DNA of 40,583 nucleotides from an uncultured Stigonema sp. (GCA_964657905.1 CAZZXJ010000001.1:1-40583), one strand, 5' to 3'; counted from the first letter of the stretch, positions 8,998-20,200 are shown. Notes: generated by a model not told the origin, from the sequence alone. Translations and numbers: made by a program.

Positions 8998-10305
8998 TTA
9001 AACGGTAGTTACTGGCTGCTTTGTCTTTGCTAGTTGTTCCAGCAGTTGAGCTGCATGACTCGGACCATCGAGCGCTGATAAGGTCGCACTCAAGCGTTTT
9101 GCATCGGTGCTGTAGGAATTATCGGAAAGCACGCGCAGTATTGCGGCACGTAGTGTCTTCGGCGTACAGGCTCTAGCGGAAACAAACTCGCCAACACCAG
9201 CCTCGTGGCAGCGGCGAGCGTTCTCTGGCTGATCAGCGGCTTGAGGAACCACTACCAGTGGCTTACCCGCAAGTAAAGTTGCCATGGTCGCGCCGCTACC
9301 GCCGTTGCAGAGTACTGCTGTAGCGTGCGGCAAAATTAGGTGTTGCGGGACATATGATTCCGCACGAACGTTAGGTGGCAGTGTACCGAGGGATGCCGGA
9401 TCGTTGTTTTTTCCTAAAGTGGCGAATAGATTAAACTCTTGTCCTGCCGCTGCTGCTACCACAGTGCGAAAGAAGTCGAGGGCGTTGTGAACTGTGCCTG
9501 CGGTGCAATAAATCAGCGGCTTGTGGTCCTTAAAGGGATTCTCCCAAATTGCCGCTTCATTACTTTCCTTCCATAAACAAGGACCAACGTAATGCACTTG
9601 CGGAGGTAGGTCGGTGCCGGGAAAGTCGAAGGCAGTGCTGCTAGGGATAGTATGCAGATAGGGCGAGAGCAAATAGGGTAAAAGTAAGTTGTTTTGCCAC
9701 GAAACATCATCGCTGGGAAGTCCCTCAGCGGCACGAACTGTTTTCCACTCTTGCAAACTAGAGCGTGTTACAAGACCAACGAAGTGGCGTAGAAGACGAG
9801 CTTTCTGGCGTTGAATCAGAGTCTGCGGTGGCGCAGTACCTAAACCCCATGGTTGAAGATCGCGGGAGGGTAGGGGACATGTTATAAAACCGGAATGTAC
9901 GGCCCAAGGAATTCCTTCCTTCTGTGCAACCAGTGAAACCCCATAGGTCGCCTCGCCACCAACCAACACATCAGGCAACCAGTTTCTCATGTTCTCTCGA
10001 AGGTCACGAGCTTGTGGAAGAGCAACGTTGGCAAAGAAGCTTCTGATCATCGCCTTTGACCGTGGTAACTTTAGAAGGACTTCCGGGAGAGTCGGTGGGC
10101 GGGTTATGGGCTTTATCCAGTCCAGAGTCGCTTCCCATGCACGCGGTGCCATATAAGTCAACCCCAAATTGCTGACAACGTTGGCATATTTGACAGCGGT
10201 TAGTATGGCAACCTCATGTCCGCGCTGCTTAAGGGCGATCGCCACTGGTAAAGTTGGGTGTATATGCCCTGCTGCACCGTAAACACAAAACAAAAATCGA
10301 GCCAT
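8998..10305 (-). CDS. GT1-family (GT-B fold, MGT/UDP-glycosyltransferase-like) glycosyltransferase
   Basis: 435 aa. N-terminal FCVYGAAGHIHPTLPVAIALKQRGHEVAILT. C-terminal nucleotide-sugar motif region VLCNGGSGATMATLLAGKPLVVVPQAADQPENARR. It lies 35 nt after the TE-bearing PKS gene and 29 nt before the last megasynthase gene. Confidence 0.85.
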   Translation of the reverse strand: MARFLFCVYGAAGHIHPTLPVAIALKQRGHEVAILTAVKYANVVSNLGLTYMAPRAWEATLDWIKPITRPPTLPEVLLKLPRSKAMIRSFFANVALPQARDLRENMRNWLPDVLVGGEATYGVSLVAQKEGIPWAVHSGFITCPLPSRDLQPWGLGTAPPQTLIQRQKARLLRHFVGLVTRSSLQEWKTVRAAEGLPSDDVSWQNNLLLPYLLSPYLHTIPSSTAFDFPGTDLPPQVHYVGPCLWKESNEAAIWENPFKDHKPLIYCTAGTVHNALDFFRTVVAAAAGQEFNLFATLGKNNDPASLGTLPPNVRAESYVPQHLILPHATAVLCNGGSGATMATLLAGKPLVVVPQAADQPENARRCHEAGVGEFVSARACTPKTLRAAILRVLSDNSYSTDAKRLSATLSALDGPSHAAQLLEQLAKTKQPVTTV

Positions 10306-10340
10306 AAGAGTTTGTTCAAGTTAAGAGTGATAAAAGAGAA

Positions 10341-13300
10341 CTACTGATTAATTAACTGTCTTGCATGGTTGAGGTAGGTCTGCAACTGTTCGGCTAGAAT
10401 TTGAACATGGGGAGGATAATTCATGGTGATATGATTTCCCGGCACTTCTATTACTTCTATCCCTCCAGTAGCAAGCTCACTCCAAGCTAATTCTGGATTT
10501 TGGGGATTGATTGTATCCCGTTGATTGGCACGGAAGAAGATGACTTGACCCGGATAAGTTTGCGGTACGTAGTTTCGCATGGCTTGGGCATGCACCTTGA
10601 AAAGATCGAGTTCGCGGCGAATCTCTGGCAGTCCGAAATTAGGAAGCACTACTTTGTTAGCAATCTTCATCTGCTCCAAAAAGTAGAGTAGTTGCTCTTC
10701 GGGTTCAAGCTGCCGGAGGTCGGACAATGAAACGGAAAGGTTCGACCCAACACTTAGTATGTAAACGAGGATTGCCGTTTCATCTTCTTCCACTGGCGCT
10801 GGCATTTGACCGGGTCCAGGGGTATCTATTAGGGCTAGCAGTGCTACCTTTTGACCTAGCGCGTGGAGTTGCTGTGCCATCTCGAAGGCAACCGTGCCTC
10901 CAAAGGAAGACCCTCCCAGAAAATATGGACCATTCGGTTGGAGGACACGCAGCGCTTCAATATAGTGAGCCGCCATGTCCTCAACTTTGGCAAAGGGATT
11001 TGTTTTCCCATCCACTTCTAGTGCTTGTATCCCATAAATAGTTTGATCTGAGCCGAGATAACGTGCCAAATCGCGGTATATGTAGACGTGTCCGCCTACT
11101 GGATGCACTAGGAAAAAGGGTTGTTGAAAGCAACCGCGCTGAATTTCCACTAGCACCTCTGGAACCGAGGCACTTGGTTGTTGGGTAGAAATCTTAGGCT
11201 GTGATGGAGTTTGTTTAATTAATTCAGCTAACGCTGCAATAGTAGATGCCTGCATTAGGCTATGAGAAGATAACGACCTTTGAAAGGTTTTGCCTAACTT
11301 GGTTAGAAGCTGAACTGCTACTAGGGAGTCTCCACCCAATTCAAAGAAGTCATCGTGGATTCCCACCTGCTTGATCCCGAGGAATTCTTGCCAGATATGG
11401 ACGAGGGTTTGCTCCACCTCATCTGTTGGAGCAGCATAGGCATTGTGCAAATTCGGTCTTGAGTGAATTGGGATTGACTCTACTTTTTGGGAGTATTCCG
11501 TATTTTCTAAGGATGGGAGTGGCATTGGTTGGTCAATGCCAGGTGGGTCAATCCAGTAACGCTGACGCTCAAAAGCATACGTCGGCAAGGGGATACGGTG
11601 GCGTCGTTCATGGGTATAAAATCCAGACCAATCTACCTTAACTCCTGTGAGCCAGAGTTTGCCCAAAGTAGTGAGCAAGAAAGCTATATCCGACTGTTTA
11701 TCTTTGGGATGGCGTAACGAACAGAGTACAAGCTCCCTATCTGCTTGATCAAGATGTTGTTTTGCGAATGTACTTAATGTTCTACCAGGTCCAATTTCTA
11801 ACAAGATGCGATCTGGTTGTTTTAACAACTGTTGCAAGCCATCTGCAAAGCTCACACATGAGCGCAGATGCTTTGCCCAATAGCTGGGATTTGTTGCTTC
11901 GTCCGCCGTAATCCAAGTGCCACTAACATTGGACAAATAGGGAATATTAGGTGGTTTGAGGTTGACTTTTTTCACCGCAAGAGTGAATAGCTCCAACATG
12001 GGCTCCATCATCACAGAATGGAAGGCATGACTGGTGTGCAGAGGGCGACACTCCACGCCTTGTTCTCGTAGCATCAAGAGCAAGGCATTCACTGCTTCCG
12101 TGACACCCGAAACTACGCATTGCGATGGTCCGTTAATCGCAGCAATTTGTAGAGACGTTCCATGGAACGTCTCTACATCTAAAAGGGATTGCACCTGTTG
12201 TTCTGGTAGTGGAACGGCGAGCATTGACCCAGAGGGCAATTGCTGCATCAATTTACCTCGTGTAGCTACTAGGAACAAGGCATCTTCTAAGGAGAAAACA
12301 CCAGCCAAACAAGCTGCTACATATTCACCTATGCTGTGACCAATCATCGCCATTGGATGCACCCCCCAAGACATCCACACCTGAGCTAGGGTGTACTCAA
12401 TCGCAAACAGCGCAGGCTGTGCTAAAGCAGTCTGCTCCAGTTGCCGTGCAGCTTCTTCGACCCGCTCAGGGTTGGGATACAATATATCGCGCAGGTCAAG
12501 TCCCAAGTGAGGTTTGAGGAGTTCAGAGCATTGATCAATTTGCTCGCGAAATGTCGGCTCAACCTGGTAGAGTTCCAACGCCATATTCACGTACTGCGAT
12601 CCCTGTCCGGAAAACATAAATACGACTGGTGGCGACTGGGATTCCTGATCGTTGGTAAAAACTCGTTTCGCCTCTTTTGTCAAAAGTGCATTTACAGCAT
12701 CTTGCAAGTCACGGCAAACCAATATGCGTCGATGGTCAAAGCCCCTTCGACCTACACCTAGCGTGTAAGCCACATCAGGGAGGTTTAGTTCAGAATGCTG
12801 CTGGAAGTACTTAACTAGATTCGCAGTTGCAGTATCGAGTGCAGAGCTAGTTTTTGCGGATAGCACCAGCAACTGCCAAGGTCTCGAATCTAGAGACGCA
12901 GTTGGGGTTTCTACAAAAGGGGCTTCTTCCATGATCACATGGGCATTAGTTCCACCGATGCCAAAAGAACTTACCCCAGCACGCCGGGGAGTCCCATTTG
13001 TCTTCCATACGTCAGGTGTGGTGTTGACATAAAAGGGGCTGTTGGCGAAATCAATTTCTGGGTTGGGTAGCTCAAAGTGCAGGCTGGGTGGCAGCATCTG
13101 ATGTTTGAGTGCTTGCACTGTTTTAATTAAGCCTGTGACACCCGCAGCAGTATCCAGATGCCCCATATTGGTTTTCAGCGAACCGATCGCACAGAAGCCC
13201 TTGTTTTGGGTGTAGGCTGAGAAAACCTGTGTCAGCGCAGCGATTTCTATTGGGTCTCCCAAGGGAGTGCCGGTTCCATGGGCTTCTATATAAGTGATGG

Positions 13301-14234
13301 TTTCAGGATCAACTCCAGCATTCGCTAGAGCTTGGGCAATCACTTGTGCTTGACCATCTACACTTGGTGCTGTGTAACCAATTTTGTTTGAACCGTCATT
13401 ATTGATGGCTGAGCCTTTGATTACAGCATGAATGTAGTCTCCGTCGCCGATCGCATCTGACAATCTTTTCAGAACCACAATTCCTACACCGTTGCCACCA
13501 ACAGTTCCCTTTGCCTTAGCATCAAAAGCTCTACAGTGTCCATCGGGAGAAGCAATCATCCCCTCTTGGTAAAAATATCCTGTCTTTTGAGGAACCCTGA
13601 TGGAAACACCCCCTGCCAAAGCCATATCACATTCGTAAGAGAGCAAATTTTGGCAGGCAATACAGATGGCTACTAATGAAGTAGAGCAACCGGTTTGAAC
13701 CGTAAAACTTGGTCCAGTTAGGTTTAATTTGTAAGAAATTCGTGTGGATAGAAAATCTTTGTCATTGGCAATGATCATTTGATAATCGCCGATGGATTGT
13801 CTCAAGTCACTGTTTGGATAAAGGTTATTTAAAAAATAGCTGTTGAATCCCCCTGCACCCGCATAAACCCCTATGGAACCCTTGTATGTTTCTGGGTCGT
13901 AGCCAGCTTGTTCTAGCCCCTCCCACGCACACTCTAAAAGCAGGCGGTGTTGTGGATCTGTGATTTGAGCTTCTTTTGGATTCAAGCCAAAAAATTTTGC
14001 GTCAAACAACTCAATATTTTCGAGTACAGCGTTGGCTTTGACATACTGAGGGTTGCCAACGACTTCTTTTGAAATGCCTGCGGACTCCAGTTCCTCTTGG
14101 GAGAAGAATGAAATGGATTCCAAACCGTCTCTCAGATTATACCAGAACTCCTCCACATTTTTTGCACCAGGAAACCGACCAGACATACCGATGATGGCTA
14201 TGCCTTCTAGAGAGTTAAATGTGTCATTATCCAT
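10341..14234 (-). CDS. Type I PKS module KS-AT(malonyl-type)-ACP-TE
   Basis: 1297 aa. KS: nt 12924-14207 (TGCSTSLVA, EAHGTGT, KTNMGHL). AT: nt 11655-12632 (GHSIGE active site, HAFH malonyl-type motif). Carrier domain: nt 11214-11432 (FFELGGDSL). TE: nt 10365-11132 (GGSSFGG, IDTPG, GNH). No KR, DH, ER or MT region. The start is 5 nt after the stop of the upstream NRPS gene. Confidence 0.92.
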   Translation of the reverse strand: MDNDTFNSLEGIAIIGMSGRFPGAKNVEEFWYNLRDGLESISFFSQEELESAGISKEVVGNPQYVKANAVLENIELFDAKFFGLNPKEAQITDPQHRLLLECAWEGLEQAGYDPETYKGSIGVYAGAGGFNSYFLNNLYPNSDLRQSIGDYQMIIANDKDFLSTRISYKLNLTGPSFTVQTGCSTSLVAICIACQNLLSYECDMALAGGVSIRVPQKTGYFYQEGMIASPDGHCRAFDAKAKGTVGGNGVGIVVLKRLSDAIGDGDYIHAVIKGSAINNDGSNKIGYTAPSVDGQAQVIAQALANAGVDPETITYIEAHGTGTPLGDPIEIAALTQVFSAYTQNKGFCAIGSLKTNMGHLDTAAGVTGLIKTVQALKHQMLPPSLHFELPNPEIDFANSPFYVNTTPDVWKTNGTPRRAGVSSFGIGGTNAHVIMEEAPFVETPTASLDSRPWQLLVLSAKTSSALDTATANLVKYFQQHSELNLPDVAYTLGVGRRGFDHRRILVCRDLQDAVNALLTKEAKRVFTNDQESQSPPVVFMFSGQGSQYVNMALELYQVEPTFREQIDQCSELLKPHLGLDLRDILYPNPERVEEAARQLEQTALAQPALFAIEYTLAQVWMSWGVHPMAMIGHSIGEYVAACLAGVFSLEDALFLVATRGKLMQQLPSGSMLAVPLPEQQVQSLLDVETFHGTSLQIAAINGPSQCVVSGVTEAVNALLLMLREQGVECRPLHTSHAFHSVMMEPMLELFTLAVKKVNLKPPNIPYLSNVSGTWITADEATNPSYWAKHLRSCVSFADGLQQLLKQPDRILLEIGPGRTLSTFAKQHLDQADRELVLCSLRHPKDKQSDIAFLLTTLGKLWLTGVKVDWSGFYTHERRHRIPLPTYAFERQRYWIDPPGIDQPMPLPSLENTEYSQKVESIPIHSRPNLHNAYAAPTDEVEQTLVHIWQEFLGIKQVGIHDDFFELGGDSLVAVQLLTKLGKTFQRSLSSHSLMQASTIAALAELIKQTPSQPKISTQQPSASVPEVLVEIQRGCFQQPFFLVHPVGGHVYIYRDLARYLGSDQTIYGIQALEVDGKTNPFAKVEDMAAHYIEALRVLQPNGPYFLGGSSFGGTVAFEMAQQLHALGQKVALLALIDTPGPGQMPAPVEEDETAILVYILSVGSNLSVSLSDLRQLEPEEQLLYFLEQMKIANKVVLPNFGLPEIRRELDLFKVHAQAMRNYVPQTYPGQVIFFRANQRDTINPQNPELAWSELATGGIEVIEVPGNHITMNYPPHVQILAEQLQTYLNHARQLINQ
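12148..12177. repeat. 30-nt perfect palindrome (tgtagagacgttcca|tggaacgtctctaca) embedded in frame in the AT domain
   Basis: Perfect reverse-complement symmetry read directly. It encodes DVETFHGTSLQ (aa 686-696) between the conserved LL and IAAINGP segments of the AT. Same arm family as the intergenic palindrome at 2187-2216. Confidence 0.9.
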
Positions 14235-14239
14235 TATTT

Positions 14240-17200
14240 TTATCCCTTCTGTAGCCGATGTTGCTTGTGTCGATTAATAACTTCTTTTTTCTTATTAGCT
14301 CGCTGGTGGTTTTGCTCAAAAGAGGATTGTTCGCTTTGCTTCTGACTTAAATAGTTAGCCAAAGATCTGATAGTTGGATACTTAAAAAGTTCGACAATTG
14401 AGACCTCTTTGTGAAGAAGCGATCGCAGTTGGCTATGAACCTCTGCTAGGAGTAGTGAATGTCCACCTAAGTCAAAAAAGTTGTCGTGTATTCCCATCTT
14501 TTGTAGGTGTAATACCCGTTGCCAAATTGTAGCGATGCTTTGTTCTAGCTGACTCTGAGGTGCCACATAAGTTGTTGACAAACGAGCGTGAGAACCTTCT
14601 GGTACGGGTAACGTCTGGCGATCTATTTTACCATTGGGTGTCAAGGGCAGGGCTGACAACATGACGAAAGCAGATGGCACCATGTATTCGGGCAGCTTCT
14701 GTTTTAGGAACTCCCACAAGTTCTCAATTTTAAGTGCGCTCTGGGAATGGGGGACAATATAAGCTACTATGCGTTTATCGCTCCCGAAGTCACGGGCGAT
14801 GACTACAGTTTCTCGCACTGCTGGGTGTTGGCTGAGGTAGGCTTCAATCTCTCCTAACTCAATGCGGAATCCGCGTATTTTCACTTGGTGGTCAATGCGA
14901 CCTAAGTACTCAATGTTGCCATCTCTATTGTAGCGTGCCCGATCTCCGGTTTTGTAAAGACGTGCCCCCGGTTGATTAGTCAAGGGATTGGGGATGAATT
15001 TTTCAGCGGTTAACTCGGGTCGGTTGAGGTATCCTCTGGCTTGTCCATCACCGCTAATGTACAGTTCACCAGGGACACCAATGGGCACTAGTTGTAAATG
15101 CTCATCTAGCAGATAAACAGATGTGTTGCCAATGGGGCGACCAATGGTCGGTAAACGCTCAGCTTGCTTGCTGACTGGAACAGGACCGGAAGTGGTGACA
15201 ACGGTATTTTCCGTAGGACCGTAATTATTCACCACCACAAACGGATGGCTAGCATGAGGATATTGATTAAGTTTGTCCCCACCTGTGAGTAATGTTCGTA
15301 AAGCTACCTGCTTTGGCCACTCTAGAAGCAAAATCTTTTCTGCCAAAGGTGTTGGTAGGAAGCTCATGGTGATAGCGTTTGACACCAGCCAATCACGCAG
15401 TCGCAGTGGATCTAGACGGGTTTCTTCATCTGGAAAGTGGATGGTGGCTCCCGCCGTCAGATAGGGCCAGATTTCCCAGCCGCAGGCGTCAAATGCCACT
15501 GTGGCAATTTGAGTAACTCGATCCTGGGGTGAAACGGCAAACGCTTGTTGATGCCAAAAAACTAGATTTAACAATCCGCGATGTTGAACCATTACCCCCT
15601 TGGGTAAACCTGTGGTGCCTGAAGTATAAATCACATAAGCGAGGTTGTCGGCACACGCACCACTGCTGGGATTATTTTCTATCTGTTGGCAGTGCTGTAA
15701 AGCACAACCGTCACCGCTTTTCTCCCACCCCCCATCCAGGCAGACTACTTTCACCCCAAGACTTGGCAATGGCAACAAACGCTGTTGAGTCAGCAGTACC
15801 GACACAGAGGCGTCTTCTAGCATAAACGCCAATCGCTCAGTTGGGTAGGCAGGGTCTAGTGGTACATATGCACCACCAGCTTTGAGAATGCCCAACAGTC
15901 CTACCACCATCTCTAAAGAACGTTCCACACACAACCCGACTAGCACCTCCGGTCCCACACCCAATGACTGGAGATGGTGTGCGATTTTGTTGGCTTTAAT
16001 GTTCAACTCATTGTAGGTAAGTTGTTCGTCTTTAAACACCACCGCCACCGCATCCGGTGTCTGCGCCACCTGTGCTTCAAATAACTGATGTATGCACAGA
16101 TGTTTGGGGTAATCTGCTTTTGTATCATTGTCTACCAGTATCTGATGTCGTTCGACGGCACTCAGCAATGGCAGTTGCTTTAGGCTAGCTTGTGGATCGG
16201 CAACCACTCCAAAGAGCAAGGTTTGGAAATGCCCTAACATCCGCCGAATAGTTTCGGGAGCAAACAAATCCGTCGCGTAAGCTACCACAACCTCAAGTCC
16301 TTGGGGATGTTCCAACACATGCCACTCCAAGTCAACGTGTGTCGTGTTGTACTCCAACTCTAGCTGCGACAGTTGCAGTCCTTTGAGTTGTAATTCCTCC
16401 ATCGGGGCATTTTGTAGAGCAAACACCACCTGAAACAGTGGGTTGTGACTGAGGTGGCGATCAGGCTGTAGTTCCTCCACCAGCTTTTCAAAGGGGTAAT
16501 CTTGATGGGCATAGGCGGACAAGGCTACTTCCCGCACCCTAGTGAGCAACTCACTAAAGCTGGGATTACCGACAAGGTCAGTACGCAACACCAAAGAGTT
16601 GACAAAAAAGCCAATCAGGGATTCAATCTCAGAGCGGTTGCGGTTGGCGATCGCAGACCCCACCACAATATCTGTTTGACCTGTGTAGCGATGCAATAAC
16701 ACACAGAAGGCAGCAAGCAGAGTCATAAACAAGGTGACTCCTTGTTGCTGGCTGAGTTTCACTAGTGCCTGTTTCAGATTCAGGGGGAGTTCCAGTATTT
16801 CTATGGCACCTGCAAAAGACTGTACTGGCGGTCGGGGGTAGTCGGTGGGCAACTGTAGATAAGCAATATCTGCCAAGTGTTGCTGCCAGTATCGCAGTTG
16901 TTCGGTTTGTGCTGATTGTTGTAACCAATGCCTCTGCCAATCAGCAAAATCCGCATATTGAATCGAAAGTTCTGGTAACGGCGAAGGCAAGCCAGCAACA
17001 AAGGCTTGGTAGAGTACACTCAACTCCCGATTGAACACTCCAATCGACCATCCGTCTGATACAATGTGGTGCATCACCAACAGCAACACATGCTCAGTCG
17101 GTGCGAGACGCAACAACTTCACCCGCAGCAACGGTAACTCAGTTAGATGAAAGGGTTGGGCGGCTTCAATCCTAGCAAGCTGGCGGACTTGTTCCTCACG

Positions 17201-20200
17201 CTTTGCCTCAGGCAACTCAATCAGGTCGATGGTGGCAAGTGTTAATTCCCAGAAGTCAGCAATTAACTGCCTCGGCTGTTGATCAACCGTTTGGAACCAG
17301 GTGCGCAGGCTTGAGTGACGCCGGATGATTTCATTCAGGCTGTGCTGCAGCGCCAACACATCCAGTTGACCAACCAGACGCAATGCAAAGGGCATGTTGT
17401 AGAAAGGATTTGCTGGCATCAGCTGGTCGAGGAACCACAAGCGTTGTTGGGCAAACGACAAAGGCAAGTTGGTGTTGCGTGCCACAGGTACTATTGCAGA
17501 AGATTCCACAACACAGGTCTGACCCTGAGCCACTGCAATGCGATCGCTCAACTCAGATGGAGTAGGCGCTTCAAACAAATAGCGCAACGGCAACTCCAAC
17601 TGGAGAACATCTCGCACCCGAGAAATCAGTTGGGTTGCCAGTAGCGAATGTCCGCCTAATTCAAAGAAGTTGTCGTGGATGCCCACCTGCAATAGCCCAA
17701 GCACCTCTGCCCACAAATTTACCAAGATTTCCTCAATTGGTGTGCGGGGGGCAACAAAAGCTGTGATCAATTGTGCGCGGCTGGCTTCGGGGGAAGGCAG
17801 TGCAGAGCGGTCTACTTTGCCGTTGGGTGTCAAGGGCAGAGCTTCCAGCATTACAATTGCCGATGGCATCATGTATTCGGGTAGCTTGTCTTTGAGAAAA
17901 CGGCGCAGGTCACTAATTGTGGGTGCTGTCTCCTGACTCGAGACAATATAAGCTAGCAATTGCTTGTCGCCCGGAATGTTTTCTCTGGCTATAACTACAG
18001 TTTCTTCCACATCTGGGTGCTGGGTTAGTATAGCCTCAATTTCTCCCAACTCAATGCGAAACCCGCGAATCTTCACCTGAGTGTCAAGGCGACCGAGGAA
18101 CTCGATGTTGCCATCGCAATTGTAGCGTGCCCGATCGCCAGTTTTGTAGAGGCGAAGTGCGCTGTCGCGCCCCGCAACATTTACGCTTGGATTGTCACTA
18201 AAGGGGTTGCTAATAAATTTCTCAGCAGTCAAGTCGGGACGATTGAGGTAGCCCCGCGCCAGTCCATCTCCACCAATGTAGAGATCTCCTGGAACACCAA
18301 CTGGTACGGGTTGCAACTTTTCGTCTAGCAAATAAACCTGGGTATTGGCTATGGGGCGACCAATTGGTACAGAATTCCCCAACTGAGTAGAATCTGTGAT
18401 CGCGTGGCAGCAGGTAAAGGTTGTGTTCTCAGTCGGACCATAGCCATTGATCAGAGTACATCCCTTTAGTTCCAGAAGTACCTTCAAGACATGGGGGACA
18501 GATAAGACATCACCCCCCGCGAGAAGTTGACGCAGATTTTTTAAGCTCTGAAGCTGCGAGTCTACCATCAGGTGGAATAAACCTGCTGTGAGCCACAGCG
18601 TTGTCACCTGGTATTGCCCAAGAGCTTGTGCCAACTCCTGCAAAGATGGGGTGTGGGGGGGCATGACCACCAGCCGTCCACCGTTAAGCAAGCTACCCCA
18701 AATCTCAAAAGTTGAGGCGTCGAAGGAGATGGGAGCAAGCTGAAGGAAAACTTCTTCTACACTGAAGTTGGCATAGTTAGTTTCTTTAACTAACCGTACC
18801 ACGCAGCGATGTATAATGCTTACACCCTTGGGCTTACCCGTCGAGCCTGAGGTATACATGACATAGGCTAAGTTGTCGGGCGTCACTTGGCGAGTGGGGT
18901 TCTCCTCGCTTTCTCGGGCAATTTCTGACCAGTTAGAATCCAAACAGACGATCCGCGCAGAGTGTTGGGGAAGCTTGTTTTGCTGCTTTGCCTGAGTTAG
19001 GAGCACTGACACCGAAGCATCTGACAACATATAAGCCAAGCGCTCTAGAGGGTACGCCAGATCTAGTGGCACATATGCCCCACCTGCCTTGAGAATGCCC
19101 AGCAGTCCCACCACCATATCTAAAGAACGTTCCACACACAACCCGACTAGCACCTCCGGTCCCACACCCAATGACTGGAGATGGTGTGCGATTTTGTTGG
19201 CTTTAATGTTCAACTCATTGTAGGTAAGTTGTTCGTCTTTAAACACCACCGCCACCGCATCCGGTGTCTGCGCCACCTGTGCTTCAAATAACTGATGTAT
19301 GCACAGATGTTTGGGGTAATCTGCTTTTGTATCATTGTCTACCAGTATCTGATGTCGTTCGACCGCACTCAGCAGTGGCAGTTGCTTTAGGCTAGCTTGT
19401 GGATTGGCGACCACCCCAGAGAGCAAGGTTTGGAAATGCCCTAGCATCCGCTGGATAGTCTGGTGTGCAAACAAATCTGTCGCGTAAGCTACCATGACCT
19501 CAAGTCCTTGGGGATGCTCCCACACATGCCACTCCAGGTCAACGCGCGTCGTTTTGTACTCCAACTCTAGCCGCGACAGTTGCAACCCTTTGAGTTGTAA
19601 GTCCTCCATCGGCGCATTTTGTACAGCAAACATCACCTGAAACAGTGGGTTGTGACTAAGGTGGCGCTCCGGCTGCAGTTCCTCCACCAGCTTTTCAAAG
19701 GGTAAATCCTGATGAGCATAGGCAGACAAGGCTACTTCCCGCACCCTACTGAGCAACTCACTAAAGCTGGGGTTACCCCCAAGGTCAGTACGTAGCACCA
19801 AAGTATTGACAAAAAAGCCAATCAGTCCTTCGCAACTACTGCGGTTGCGGTTGGCGATGGGAGACCCCACGACAATATCTGTTTGACCTGTGTAGCGTTG
19901 CAATAACACACAGAAGGCAGCAAGCATCGTCATGAACAAAGTCACTCCTTGTTGCTTACTGAGTTTTTCCAGTGCCTGTTTCAGATTCTGGGGGAGTTCC
20001 AGAATTTGTGTGGCACCAGCAAAAGACTGCACTGGTGGTCGGGAGTAGTCGGTGGGCAACTGTAGATAAGGAATATCTGCTAACTGTTGCTGCCAGTATT
20101 GCAGTTGTTCCCTTTGTGCTTGTTGTTGTAACCAACTTTGCTGCCATACGGCAAAATCAGCATATTGAATCGAAAGTTCCGCTAACGGTGAAGGCTTGCC

